From assembly GCA_049509455.1 (NCBI GenBank), contig JBEKZX010000003.1, positions 1,099 to 65,098 on the forward strand: a stretch of DNA of 64,000 nt. Direction: 5' to 3'. Each line of letters starts with the position of its first letter. The first letter of the stretch is position 1. Source of the stretch: Conexivisphaerales archaeon. Lineage in GTDB: Archaea; Thermoproteota; Nitrososphaeria; Conexivisphaerales; DTJL01. Position numbers and translations under genes: made by a program. A model generated the notes under the pieces. It searched no databases, was not told the origin of the DNA, and saw only the letters and a program-made list of their open reading frames with translations. Shown piece after piece: positions 44,287-53,606 of this stretch.

Positions 44287-46206
44287 CTAGTACAGCTTTA
44301 TGCTGTCCAGGACATTCGGTTGGTAGGCGGGAAGCCTGAATATCCGTTCTATGGACTCAGATAGGCTTTCGCATTTCTTCCGCTCCCCGTGGCCCACTAT
44401 GACCCTCTGCAGCTTCGGCCTTAGCTTGGAGACATAGCGCATCAACTGGTTATAGTCGCTGTGACCGCTGAAGCCCTCCACCTTCTCGACTTTGCAATTG
44501 ACGTCCACAATCTTCATCCTTCCCCCGTCTTCGACGAGGGTAACCTGCCTGGAGTTGTCCAGTACGCGGCGCCCGAGGGTCCCCTGCACTTGATATGAAA
44601 CGAAGAGGATTTTGTTCTTCGGATCGCTCGCGAGCGACTGGAAGTACTGGACTGACGGTCCACCCTCCATCATGCCGGAGGTGGCCATGATGATGGCCGG
44701 ACCGGAGGCCAGGGCTTCCTCCCTCTTGGTTGGGTGGTCGATGACCGTGAAGTACTCTGTGATGAAGGGATCCTCGTCCTGGTCGACGATCCTATCCCTT
44801 AGCTCCCTCGCGAGGTACTCGGGGTAGTACATGTGGATGGCCGTGGCCTCCTTGATCATCCCCTCCACGAATATGGGCGCCTCAGAGAGAATATTGTGCC
44901 GCATGTAAAGGTCCAAGACCAGCATTATCTCCTGGGCCCGGCCGACTGCAGGTACGGGGATTAACACCTTCCCTCCCTCTTTCAGAGTGGAGTTGATGCT
45001 GTTGACGAAGGTCATCTCCGTCTCCTCCCTCGAGGGGGCTATGTCAGACTTGTTGCCGTAGGTGCTTTCTATTATCAGGGTCTCGACCCTCGGATAGTTG
45101 TAGGAGGCCGCCTCCAGCAGCATACTCTTTGCGAACTTGAAGTCGCCCGTGTAGACGATGTTATGGGCGCCTTCTCCCACATGGAGATGCACGGTGGCGC
45201 TGCCCAGTATGTGGCCGGCGTTATAGAGCACCAACTTGACGTCGGGTGAGATGTCGGTCACCATCCCGTAGGGGAGGGGGATGATATGGCTGATCAGGGA
45301 TCTGAGATCCTTAAGATCCCACATGTAGGACTGGCCCTCCATCGTGGAGACCTTCAGGGCGTCGGTGAGCAGGAGGTCCACCATGTGAAGAGTCGGCTCC
45401 GTGCAGTAGAGGGGTCCCTTGAAGCCGTATTTGTAGAGGAGCGGAAGGAAGCCGACGTGGTCGAGATGGCTGTGACTCAGGACGATAGCGTCCAAGTCTT
45501 CGAGGCTCAGGTTCAGCCAGTCCAGGCGCGGAAAGCAGTCTGGAGCGTTGCGGGTGCCGGGGTAGATCCCCCCGTCCAGGAGTATCTTACTGTCAGTCGT
45601 TTCGATGAGCATGGAGGAGCGACCCACCTCCTTGAATCCGCCCAGCGCCGTGAACCTGACCTCGTTGCGGTCGCTTATGCGTGGCCTGAATATCCTTTCG
45701 CCGGTATAGCGCATGAACTGGAGGCGCTCGTCCTGGGTGGCCTTCAGAGTGTAGAGGACGTTCTGGACGGTGGTGCTCGGGATGTTGGACGACTTCCGAA
45801 TCTTGAGCCGCCAGCCGGTCGTGTCCAGGAGCTTCGAGACGTCAGGGCTGATGAGTTTGGGCTGGCGAAGGTCGACGACGGCCTCTCCCGTCGTCTCGTC
45901 GAAGAACATGTTCTGGAGACCAGCGTCGCGAGGGATACATGAAGCGAGGAAGGTCCTGGCTTCTTCTTCGGGTTTCCTGACGGACTGGTCAACCCGGACT
46001 ACGACCCTCTTCTTCAGCGAGTTCACGATTTCAGGTATGATGTATTCATTGTGATCGAAGAAGGCCGGGTTCTTTGAGTAGAGGGCGATGCGCGGCCCTT
46101 CATACTCTACTCTCACTACCTGAGCCTCGGCGGGGACATTCTGCAGAATCACCCCTACGATACTCTGACTTCTCCCTGCGGTCTGGTTCCTTTGCGTCAA
46201 ACTCAA
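44287..46206 (-). CDS. aCPSF1/FttA beta-CASP ribonuclease (two N-terminal KH domains, MBL, beta-CASP)
   Basis: ~639-aa length, MBL motif HSHLDHVG, and conserved pairing downstream of psmB. Confidence 0.92.
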   Translation of the reverse strand: MSLTQRNQTAGRSQSIVGVILQNVPAEAQVVRVEYEGPRIALYSKNPAFFDHNEYIIPEIVNSLKKRVVVRVDQSVRKPEEEARTFLASCIPRDAGLQNMFFDETTGEAVVDLRQPKLISPDVSKLLDTTGWRLKIRKSSNIPSTTVQNVLYTLKATQDERLQFMRYTGERIFRPRISDRNEVRFTALGGFKEVGRSSMLIETTDSKILLDGGIYPGTRNAPDCFPRLDWLNLSLEDLDAIVLSHSHLDHVGFLPLLYKYGFKGPLYCTEPTLHMVDLLLTDALKVSTMEGQSYMWDLKDLRSLISHIIPLPYGMVTDISPDVKLVLYNAGHILGSATVHLHVGEGAHNIVYTGDFKFAKSMLLEAASYNYPRVETLIIESTYGNKSDIAPSREETEMTFVNSINSTLKEGGKVLIPVPAVGRAQEIMLVLDLYMRHNILSEAPIFVEGMIKEATAIHMYYPEYLARELRDRIVDQDEDPFITEYFTVIDHPTKREEALASGPAIIMATSGMMEGGPSVQYFQSLASDPKNKILFVSYQVQGTLGRRVLDNSRQVTLVEDGGRMKIVDVNCKVEKVEGFSGHSDYNQLMRYVSKLRPKLQRVIVGHGERKKCESLSESIERIFRLPAYQPNVLDSIKLY

Positions 46207-46853
46207 TTAGCCTGAAGCGTATGAAGGACGGTGTCCTTCTCCGCGGTGGTCAGCTCCCTGAAACCGTCCTTGTCTATGACCGCGACGTCAAAGGAGTCAC
46301 CGGAGTACGTGTCCCTCTTCATTGCGGAGGTCACGCTCTTAACGGCGAGCCTTACGGTGTCGGAGACGGTCATTCCCTCCCTGTATTCTGCCTCCAGGAT
46401 GCCGAGCACGATGGGGGAGCCGCTCCCCGTGGAGGTATATTTCTCACTAGTGAGCGACCCGAAGTAGTCGACGTTGTAGAGGGCGGGCCCTGTGTCGTCG
46501 AAGCCAGCCAATATTATCTGTGCAATGAGGGGGTTGTACCTCTGGTTGAAGAATATGTTAGCAATGAGGCGGGAAGCCGCGCTCACCGGCATCCGCCTTT
46601 CATGGTCCATGCGGTACATCGCCGCGTAATACTTCGCGATGTCGATCACATTTTGGGCGTCGGCCACCGATCCAGCGATGGTCATGGCCAGGTGACGATC
46701 TATCATATAGAGCTTCTTTCCCTTGTGGTGGGCGATGTAGTTGCCCATGGTCACTCGCGTATCGGTGGCGACCACTACGGCACCGTCGCAGACCATTCCA
46801 AGAGTGGTGGTCCCCGTCTTCGCGGTATCCATCTTCTCTATACTCAAACCCAA
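46203..46853 (-). CDS. psmB: Proteasome subunit beta (catalytically competent; propeptide ...KTG/TTT)
   Basis: G/TTTLGMVCDGAVVVATDTR has Thr1, Asp17 and Lys33 in register. Confidence 0.93.
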   Translation of the reverse strand: MGLSIEKMDTAKTGTTTLGMVCDGAVVVATDTRVTMGNYIAHHKGKKLYMIDRHLAMTIAGSVADAQNVIDIAKYYAAMYRMDHERRMPVSAASRLIANIFFNQRYNPLIAQIILAGFDDTGPALYNVDYFGSLTSEKYTSTGSGSPIVLGILEAEYREGMTVSDTVRLAVKSVTSAMKRDTYSGDSFDVAVIDKDGFRELTTAEKDTVLHTLQAN

Positions 46854-46965
46854 AGTAGTTTCACCTATGCTCTGAAGCGAGCGGTAGAAACATCACAGAC
46901 TTGAGGGGGCTAGTAAATAAGCTTTGCACACGTCCCAACGATGAACCTTTATCAGATGTTCTGAC

Positions 46966-48039
46966 GTGGCATATGGCGTGTCCAACGGCAAGCATCTCAT
47001 GGAGCTTCCGTCGGTGGTCCTGGCAGGCCGCGACGTGTTGACGGAGACGGGTGGCCTCATCAGGGGACAGGGCCTGGCCGGGAACGTAGTAGTGGCGTCG
47101 GGGCCCAACGTCTGGGCAGGCCTCGGGGGACGTCTGACCGAAAGCCTAGACGGCGCTGGCTTCAGCAGTTCATGGGTGGAGGTTACCAAGCCAGATCTCG
47201 AATCGGTGGAGAAGGTCGAAAGAGAAGTGGCTAGGAGACAGGCCGATGTCGTCGTCGGGATGGGCGGAGGGAAGTCCATCGACGTGGCCAAGCTGGCCTC
47301 CTTTCGGAGGAAGGCGCACATGATAAGCGTTCCCACGAGCGCGTCTCATGACGGCATGTCCAGCCCCTTCGCCTCCATCAGGGGCTTCGGCGGATCAGGA
47401 TCATATTCCGCCGTGACCAGGCCTCCCTTCGCCATCGTCGCCGACATCGGGATCATCCTCAGCGCGCCGCCACGCACATTCAACGGAGGCGTGGGCGACC
47501 TCCTGGCCAAGCTGACCGCGGTGAAGGACTGGCAGCTGGGACGGGACGACAAGGGGGAGTATTATGGGACGTATGCTGCCAACCTGGCTAAGATGAGCGG
47601 GGTCATGGTGGAGGAAGAGGCGGTCAACATCGGGCGCAGGAACGAGGAGGGGATAAGGGGCCTGGTAGAGGCCCTGATCAGCGCTGGCGTCGCCGCGGGC
47701 ATAGCGGGGAGCAGCAGACCTTGCAGTGGAGCGGAGCACCTCTTCAGCCACGCGCTGGACAGGATTGCCCCTGGCAAGGGGCTGCATGGCGAGAAGACGG
47801 GCTTGGGGGCCGTCATGATGGCACGCCTTCATGGGTTGGACTGGGAGAGGATGAGGCGGGCCCTGAGGGAGGCGGGAGCTCCCACGGCAGCCAGGGAGAT
47901 AGACCTAGCTGACGCGGAAGTGGTCGAGGGCATCCTAGCCGCTCCGAGCGTGAGGCCGGACCGCTATACCATCCTGCACAAGCTCCAGCTAGACGCTGGT
48001 CAGGCGAAAGCGCTGGCGACTGAAACGGGCGTCATCTAA
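46966..48039 (+). CDS. egsA: sn-Glycerol-1-phosphate dehydrogenase
   Basis: GGGKSIDVAK, VPTSASHDGMSSPFASIRG and GSSRPCSGAEHLFSHALD closely parallel known archaeal G1PDH. An alternative ATG is at 46999. Confidence 0.92.
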   Translation: MAYGVSNGKHLMELPSVVLAGRDVLTETGGLIRGQGLAGNVVVASGPNVWAGLGGRLTESLDGAGFSSSWVEVTKPDLESVEKVEREVARRQADVVVGMGGGKSIDVAKLASFRRKAHMISVPTSASHDGMSSPFASIRGFGGSGSYSAVTRPPFAIVADIGIILSAPPRTFNGGVGDLLAKLTAVKDWQLGRDDKGEYYGTYAANLAKMSGVMVEEEAVNIGRRNEEGIRGLVEALISAGVAAGIAGSSRPCSGAEHLFSHALDRIAPGKGLHGEKTGLGAVMMARLHGLDWERMRRALREAGAPTAAREIDLADAEVVEGILAAPSVRPDRYTILHKLQLDAGQAKALATETGVI

Positions 48040-48824
48040 GCGCTGAGCTTCTCTTCGGGCGCGGCGGCTTCGGGCTTAACTTCCGCGGGTCTACTCTCTT
48101 CCGTCGGCTTGGCTTCCTCCTTAGGCTTGGCCGCTACGGGAGGCCTGTACTCTTCAGAGAATGTCAACGATGTGACCGACTTCACATATTTGAAGATGTC
48201 ATTGGACGAGGCCCTCTTGATGAACTGCAAACCGTCGAGATAGTAGAGCTCTTCGGGGAGCAGCACGGTTGCTGTCCCCTTCTCCAAGTCTAGCGAAACG
48301 TTCAGCTTGTCTTCGGCAATAGGCAGCCTCCTGAGCAGGAGGGCCTTGGCGATTTCCGCCGGCTCTGTGACGGCCTTGACGACTTCTACGTCATACAGCA
48401 GGGTTTTGCCGGCCAGGCGGTGGTTGAAGTCCACCTGAACGCGGCCGGAGCCGATGTACCTTACGAGGCCCACCTTCCCTTCGACCTCCACTTCGGCCCC
48501 TATGGCGAGCTCGTGGGCCTTCTCCCCGAACCTCTTCTCCGGAATCAGCTTGACCTTCGTGGGATCCCTTTCCCCAAAGCCCTTGTTAGGGGTTATCTCC
48601 ACGCTGAGCTTGTCTCCTACGCCGGCCTTCAAGAGGGCGTCGTCTAGCCCCTTGAGCACCCAGCCTTCGCCGACGGCCACTAAATTCGGAGTGTATCTAG
48701 CGACGGGGTCGAAAATGCCTAGGCTCTTCGCGTCTGCCTCACGCGTAGCCTCCAAGACCTCGCCGGTGTCCTTGACCTTGGCAACATAGTTGATGTATGT
48801 CAAAGTGCCGCTTTCCATGGCCAT
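48036..48824 (-). CDS. FKBP-type peptidyl-prolyl cis-trans isomerase (long archaeal type)
   Basis: YVAKVKDTGEVLEAT...GEGWVLKGLDDAL..AGVGDK. The start is set at MAMESG (48824), because the listed N-terminal 58 aa overlap the upstream gene. Confidence 0.85.
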   Translation of the reverse strand: MAMESGTLTYINYVAKVKDTGEVLEATREADAKSLGIFDPVARYTPNLVAVGEGWVLKGLDDALLKAGVGDKLSVEITPNKGFGERDPTKVKLIPEKRFGEKAHELAIGAEVEVEGKVGLVRYIGSGRVQVDFNHRLAGKTLLYDVEVVKAVTEPAEIAKALLLRRLPIAEDKLNVSLDLEKGTATVLLPEELYYLDGLQFIKRASSNDIFKYVKSVTSLTFSEEYRPPVAAKPKEEAKPTEESRPAEVKPEAAAPEEKLSA

Positions 48825-48877
48825 TCCTACCTGCACTAAGACCCTAGGAGAGAAGTATAAAAGAATTAAGCGATGAA

Positions 48878-50053
48878 TCAGGCGGGAAGGGCCTTCAGCC
48901 GCTCCTCCGCCGCCTTCAACATCAGGGAGATGTCGACGCGGTAGCCAGTGAGATTGAGAGCCCCCCCGATGGCGCCCACCGTAGTCATGACGTGCCACCT
49001 ATCCACCTCCCCCATGTTTCCAATCCTGAAGATCTTCCCCTTCAGCTCGCCAAAGCCGCCGGCGACGACAACGCCGAAGTCATTTTCGAGGGACTCTCGG
49101 AAGGATCTGTCATCCAACCCATCTGGGTACTTGATGGAGACCACGACGTTAGAACGGACGTGAGGCTTGACGAAAGGCTGGAGCCCGATACCGCTGAGAG
49201 ATTGGTAGAAGGAGGAAGCCGTCGCCTTGTGGCGGGCAATCCTCTTCTCCATCCCCTCCTCCATGACCATCTTCAGAGCTTCGTCCAGGGCGTAGAAGAG
49301 GGGGAGGGCAGGGGTGAACGGGGTCTCGGCTTTGGCTCCGAACTCGGCGTATTTTGCGAGGTTGAAGTAGGTGCTGGACGGGGGACTCGATGCCAGGAGC
49401 CTCTTAACTTGCTCGTTGAAGGAGATCAGCGCCAGCCCGGGCGGCGCAGCCAGGCACTTCTGGCTGGCAGTGACTACCATGTCTATAGCCCATTTGTCCT
49501 GCGGGAGCTCATCGCCGCCCAGGATGGAGACGGCATCGCACACGCAGAGCCCGCCGAAGGCCTTGGCGACGTCAGAGGCCTCTTTCATCCACCTGTAGGT
49601 CGTCCCGGGCGAGGTGTCATTGTAAACGACGAACACAGCCTTCACTTTGCCTGCCTTCTTGGCAGCGTCCTCGAGGGCGTCGGGGCGAGGGGCATCTCCG
49701 AGTGGGGCATTTACACGGACGGCGTGGCCTCCCGCCAGGTCGATTGAGTCAGCGAGACGCTGACTGAATTCGCCGAAGACCGGCACTAGGACACTGTCAC
49801 CATGGCGCACGACGTTCATAACGGCGGCCTCCACTCCTCCCGTTCCAGAGCAGGAGAGAACGGCCAGGTCGGCCGAGGTACCGAAGATGGCCTTGGCGTT
49901 GGTCACGATGTTCTTCATCAGAGGATGGAAGCTTTCACCCCTATGGTTGATTACCGCCTTGACCATGGCGTCGAGGACCCTGTCCGACACGTTGGTTGGA
50001 CCAGGAAGCATGATGAGCTTGCGCAGCGGATAATATCCCACGCTAGACACCAC
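48878..50053 (-). CDS. Class V aminotransferase (serine-glyoxylate/alanine-glyoxylate/phosphoserine type)
   Basis: LPGPTNVSDRVL..M and ~390-aa length; a probable PLP Lys lies in ...TASQKCL... Confidence 0.8.
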   Translation of the reverse strand: MVSSVGYYPLRKLIMLPGPTNVSDRVLDAMVKAVINHRGESFHPLMKNIVTNAKAIFGTSADLAVLSCSGTGGVEAAVMNVVRHGDSVLVPVFGEFSQRLADSIDLAGGHAVRVNAPLGDAPRPDALEDAAKKAGKVKAVFVVYNDTSPGTTYRWMKEASDVAKAFGGLCVCDAVSILGGDELPQDKWAIDMVVTASQKCLAAPPGLALISFNEQVKRLLASSPPSSTYFNLAKYAEFGAKAETPFTPALPLFYALDEALKMVMEEGMEKRIARHKATASSFYQSLSGIGLQPFVKPHVRSNVVVSIKYPDGLDDRSFRESLENDFGVVVAGGFGELKGKIFRIGNMGEVDRWHVMTTVGAIGGALNLTGYRVDISLMLKAAEERLKALPA

Positions 50054-50075
50054 GAGGGATACAGGCCTACGTTAT

Positions 50076-50609
50076 CTAAATCTTGTTGTTGGCAGAGTCC
50101 TGTTGGGCGAAGAGCTCCCTGATGCGTTCCGTGCCATTCGTCTCCTCAAGGTAACGGGCCACCTCATCGGGCACTAGGTGCTCCCATCTCTTCCCCGAAG
50201 CTATCCTGCGGCGGATCTCCGTGGCCACCAGCTCCTCCCTGCGCAGGAGGGGGACTTCGGCCACGGGGACCCCGTTCTCCTTGAGCAATCGTATGCTCAG
50301 CTCGTCGTTGGAGAAGGCAAGGTCGAACCGCGGCGTAAGAGACTTCAGGAGTGGCACCCAGAGCGAGTGATTCTCCACGTCGGGGAGCTCGGCGAAGATC
50401 ACCCTGTCGAGGAGCTTCCCTTTGTGCAAGGCCGCCGTGATCATTTCGAGACGTTCTCCGGCCGTGAAGGGGTTCCTGAATTCATGGCTCTTCTGCGAGC
50501 TGCCGATCACCAGCACGAGCCTGTCTGAGCGTTCTAAAGCGTATTCGATGGCGCGCAGGTGGCCGAGGTGGAACGGCTGGAACCTGCCTATGAGAAGTGC
50601 CACTTTCAA
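50076..50609 (-). CDS. nadM: Nicotinamide-nucleotide adenylyltransferase (archaeal NadM type)
   Basis: (M)KVALLIGRFQPFHLGH HxGH motif, ~177 aa. The start codon is TTG. Confidence 0.9.
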   Translation of the reverse strand: MKVALLIGRFQPFHLGHLRAIEYALERSDRLVLVIGSSQKSHEFRNPFTAGERLEMITAALHKGKLLDRVIFAELPDVENHSLWVPLLKSLTPRFDLAFSNDELSIRLLKENGVPVAEVPLLRREELVATEIRRRIASGKRWEHLVPDEVARYLEETNGTERIRELFAQQDSANNKI

Positions 50610-51243
50610 TGGTAGCCGAGATATGGCTACCCCAGACCGATCTTAAAAGGTCTTGGTCGAAAGGGCGACCAATACGACCGATGGTGCGTTTGAGGTTGGT
50701 TGCTCAGACGGCATCTTTCTGCTGAATTCCGACTGAGGGAACGGGGGGGAACTGCTGCTCGCTTCATCTTGGAAAAGGCCATCAATTGGACGATTCCAAC
50801 GACAATCAACGTGATTCTTATTGGAGTCTCCTCAGGGAAAGGGATTGTTGGAGAATAGGTGGGACATTCTGTGCCTGTGAATTGAGGTACAGCCGGAGGG
50901 AAAGAAGAGGTGAGACTATGAAAAGGATCCCCAGAAGAATCAGCGGAATGCCTGGGACCCTGAGGATGTCCTCCAACAAATCCCGCCTCGAATGCATCCT
51001 CCCTCCTCTGGGGACTGACACGTCGTGCCGGGAAATGAATGTTGAGCTGACGGAAAGTTGGTTGCACGAGAGAGGGGAACTCGCGAGCCAGCGAAGGCAC
51101 AAGCCTCCGTCAGATCCCGACGATTGAAATTCCAGATCAGTGGATGGCCTTTCCCAGGCGCAGTGGGCCACCTTCCTCTATCTTAAAGAGCAACCTGGAA
51201 GAATGCTTCCCTCGAAAGGATGTCACTTCAGGGGCTCTAGACC

Positions 51244-52275
51244 TTGATCAGAATCGACGGAAGCCTCGGCGAAGGAGGAGGACAGATTCTCCGGACCTCC
51301 CTTCTGTTCTCCCTAGTGCAAGGGAAGGAGGTCGAAATCTACAATGTAAGGGCAAAGAGAGACAAGCCGGGGCTCAGGCCCCAGCACCTTGCCGTGGTTA
51401 CCGCGTTCGCATCGGTCACTGGTGGGCGCGTTGATAACGCACGTGTGGGTTCTGACTGGGTAAGGTTCTGCCCCTCCTCGGAGGTCACAGGATCCCTCGA
51501 AATCGACGTGGGCACCGCAGGAAGCGTAACGCTCATCCTTCAGACGCTTCTCTCGGCGATCTCCCTCAGAGGGCTGAGCTACAGTGTCAGGGTTAGGGGC
51601 GGCACCGATACCAGGTGGAGCCCCACCTATGACTACTTTGAGAATGTCTACGAGCCGGCGGCCGCGGCATTCGGCGTTCAGGTCAGTTCCAATATGGTGC
51701 GCCGCGGATACTACCCAGAAGGAGGTGGGCTGGTGGAAGGGCACTGCTTGCCGGCCAGCCTTGGGGAGTATGTAAGTCTTGACAGCGCTCCAGCATCGAA
51801 GGGTGTCAGGATCTCCAGCGTGTGTGCCAACCTCCCTCGCTCTGTGGCCGCGCGGCAGGCGGACTCGGCAGCCGCCTACCTGAGGAGCGCAGGCGAATCC
51901 GTAGAGGAAGTGAAGGTCGACGTGGAGGAGGCGGACTCTCCAGGGACCTCCATACTCGTCCACCATCGCGAGGGGAGTGCCGTATTCCTGGGAGGCGATG
52001 CCGTGGGCGAAAGAGGAGTGAAAGCCGAGGACGTCGGCGCTGCCGCCGCGGCGAGCTTTACGGCGTCGGCGACGAAGGGGGCTTCTGTAGACCACCACCT
52101 TGCCGACATGCTCGTCCCGCTGATGGCCCTTCAGGGGGGAGGGGAAGTTCTCACCGATGATGACACACAGCATCTCAGGACCAACCTTGAGGTGGCCGCA
52201 GCGTTCACGGGGTGCCTCTACAGCATAACAAAAGAGGGAGCACTCTACAGGGTTAGGATCTTGAAACGGGACTAG
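51244..52275 (+). CDS. rtcA: RNA 3'-terminal phosphate cyclase
   Basis: (M)IRIDGSLGEGGGQILRTSL and KPGLRPQHL signatures. The start codon is TTG. Confidence 0.92.
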   Translation: MIRIDGSLGEGGGQILRTSLLFSLVQGKEVEIYNVRAKRDKPGLRPQHLAVVTAFASVTGGRVDNARVGSDWVRFCPSSEVTGSLEIDVGTAGSVTLILQTLLSAISLRGLSYSVRVRGGTDTRWSPTYDYFENVYEPAAAAFGVQVSSNMVRRGYYPEGGGLVEGHCLPASLGEYVSLDSAPASKGVRISSVCANLPRSVAARQADSAAAYLRSAGESVEEVKVDVEEADSPGTSILVHHREGSAVFLGGDAVGERGVKAEDVGAAAAASFTASATKGASVDHHLADMLVPLMALQGGGEVLTDDDTQHLRTNLEVAAAFTGCLYSITKEGALYRVRILKRD

Positions 52276-52338
52276 GACCTGCGCCTCGCTCCAAATGTTA
52301 ATAACCCTTTTATCCATGCCACCTTCAGGGAAGCGCAA

Positions 52339-52935
52339 ATGTCCGAATTCATGATTCCGGGGGCTACCGCTGTAGGCCTGGTCTTTGATGGCGGCGTAGT
52401 CCTCGCAGCTGAGAAGAGGTTTACGTATGGCAATTTCATAATGAGCAAGACGGGAAAGAAGGTCTTCATGCTCAGCTCGAACACGGGGGCGGCCTTCGCC
52501 GGGATGATTGGCGACATGCAGGTCCTGGCGAGGAACATGCAGTCACTGATCCGGCTGAGGGAGATGGAGACCCGCAGGAAGATGACGCCCAACTCTGTCG
52601 CCAAGCTCATGTCGGTCGTTATGTACAACCGCAGGATGGCGCCGTTTCTAAATCAGGTCATCTTGGCCGGCGTGGATACGTCTCCTTCAATCTATATCCT
52701 AGACGCCCTTGGCTCCGTCATCCCAGACAAGTATGCCGTCGTGGGTTCGGGGACTGAGATCGCCATAGGCGTGGTGGAATCGGAGTACGTGGATGGCTTG
52801 GATGAAGAGAAGGCCAAGCAGCTCGCGATAAAGTCGATTAAGGCCGCCAGCCAGAGGGACGCCGCCAGCGGTGACGGCGTGGACCTCATCGTCATCTCCA
52901 GCAGCGGAATCAAAGAGGAGAAGGTGGCCTTCTGA
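52339..52935 (+). CDS. Proteasome beta-subunit paralog with Ala in place of the Thr1 nucleophile
   Basis: MSEFMIPG/ATAVGLVFDGGVVLAAEKR aligns residue for residue with PsmB (Glu17 and Lys33 kept), but position 1 is Ala. Confidence 0.85.
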   Translation: MSEFMIPGATAVGLVFDGGVVLAAEKRFTYGNFIMSKTGKKVFMLSSNTGAAFAGMIGDMQVLARNMQSLIRLREMETRRKMTPNSVAKLMSVVMYNRRMAPFLNQVILAGVDTSPSIYILDALGSVIPDKYAVVGSGTEIAIGVVESEYVDGLDEEKAKQLAIKSIKAASQRDAASGDGVDLIVISSSGIKEEKVAF

Positions 52936-52958
52936 CGGGCAGTGGCTTCTGATGCATC

Positions 52959-53606
52959 ATGAAGAAGGCAGAGTCGCTGAATAAGGTACTTGGGTCTCTT
53001 TCTTCTTCTGCGAGGACCCTTGAAGAGGCCGCCTTCAGGCGCGAGAAGATTCTGAAGGATTCCCGCGATGTCGTAGCCGACTGCTCTAGGGCCATCGTCA
53101 GCATCCATACCGGCGACAAGGAGTCGGCGAAATCGCTCATCCTAAAGGCGAGGCAGAGCCTCAAGGTGCTGAAGGATGCCTCTCGGGGGGAAATGGACAG
53201 ATACTTGACCTCTCCCGAAACGGAGTACGTAGAGGCGGAGACCCTCCTGGCCCTAGCAGGCCGGAAGCCTTTGCTCTCGGCCGAGGAGCTCAGCGTGCAG
53301 CCCGGGTCGTATGTCCTTGGTCTGCTGGACGCCATAGGCGAGGCGAAGAGGAGGCTCTTCGACTCCATCAGGCAGGGGGACCTGGACGAAGCGGAGAGGC
53401 TTTTCAAGGTCATGGAGACCCTCTACATCTCTATCAAGCCGCTGGCGGTCTACGACAACATCGTCCCTGGGCTGAGGCGCAAGCTGGACGTGGACAGGTC
53501 GATCCTCGAGGACACCAGGAGCATGGTGACGGAGGAGACCAGACGCACCAAGCTCCTCAAGATGATGCGTTCGCTCGAGAAGAAGATGGATGCCTTCAAA
53601 GAGTAG
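52959..53606 (+). CDS. Translin-family (archaeal C3PO-like) protein
   Basis: All-helical ~215 aa. ExxE (EYVE) and DxxxE (LLDAIGEAKRR) are spaced as in the TRAX/C3PO catalytic residues. Confidence 0.65.
   Translation: MKKAESLNKVLGSLSSSARTLEEAAFRREKILKDSRDVVADCSRAIVSIHTGDKESAKSLILKARQSLKVLKDASRGEMDRYLTSPETEYVEAETLLALAGRKPLLSAEELSVQPGSYVLGLLDAIGEAKRRLFDSIRQGDLDEAERLFKVMETLYISIKPLAVYDNIVPGLRRKLDVDRSILEDTRSMVTEETRRTKLLKMMRSLEKKMDAFKE

Noticed and set aside
48825-48998. 58-codon N-terminal extension of the FKBP ORF.
   Set aside because: It is Arg/Gly-rich, non-FKBP sequence that overlaps the 3' end of the aminotransferase gene. The FKBP domain starts right after the internal MAMESG.
50918-51127. 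69-codon ORF preceded by a good SD-like GAGGTGA.
   Set aside because: It uses many A/T-ending and rare-looking codons (aga, aaa, gga, agt) unlike neighbouring genes, and its translation has no recognisable fold. It is kept only as an alternative explanation for part of the spacer.
50640-51240. Assignment of the structured spacer to RNase P RNA or SRP RNA.
   Set aside because: The universally conserved GGAAAGUCC (CR-I), GUAAGAGC.CACC and ACAGAA..CGGCUUA motifs of RNase P are absent. So is the SRP helix-8 GGAA/AGCA motif. Only weak partial resemblances exist, so the class is left open.
51313-52338. 341-aa ORF on the minus strand.
   Set aside because: It is entirely antisense to rtcA, which has unmistakable RtcA motifs. 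Its translation is Arg/Gly/Pro-rich, as expected of a shadow ORF in GC-rich DNA.
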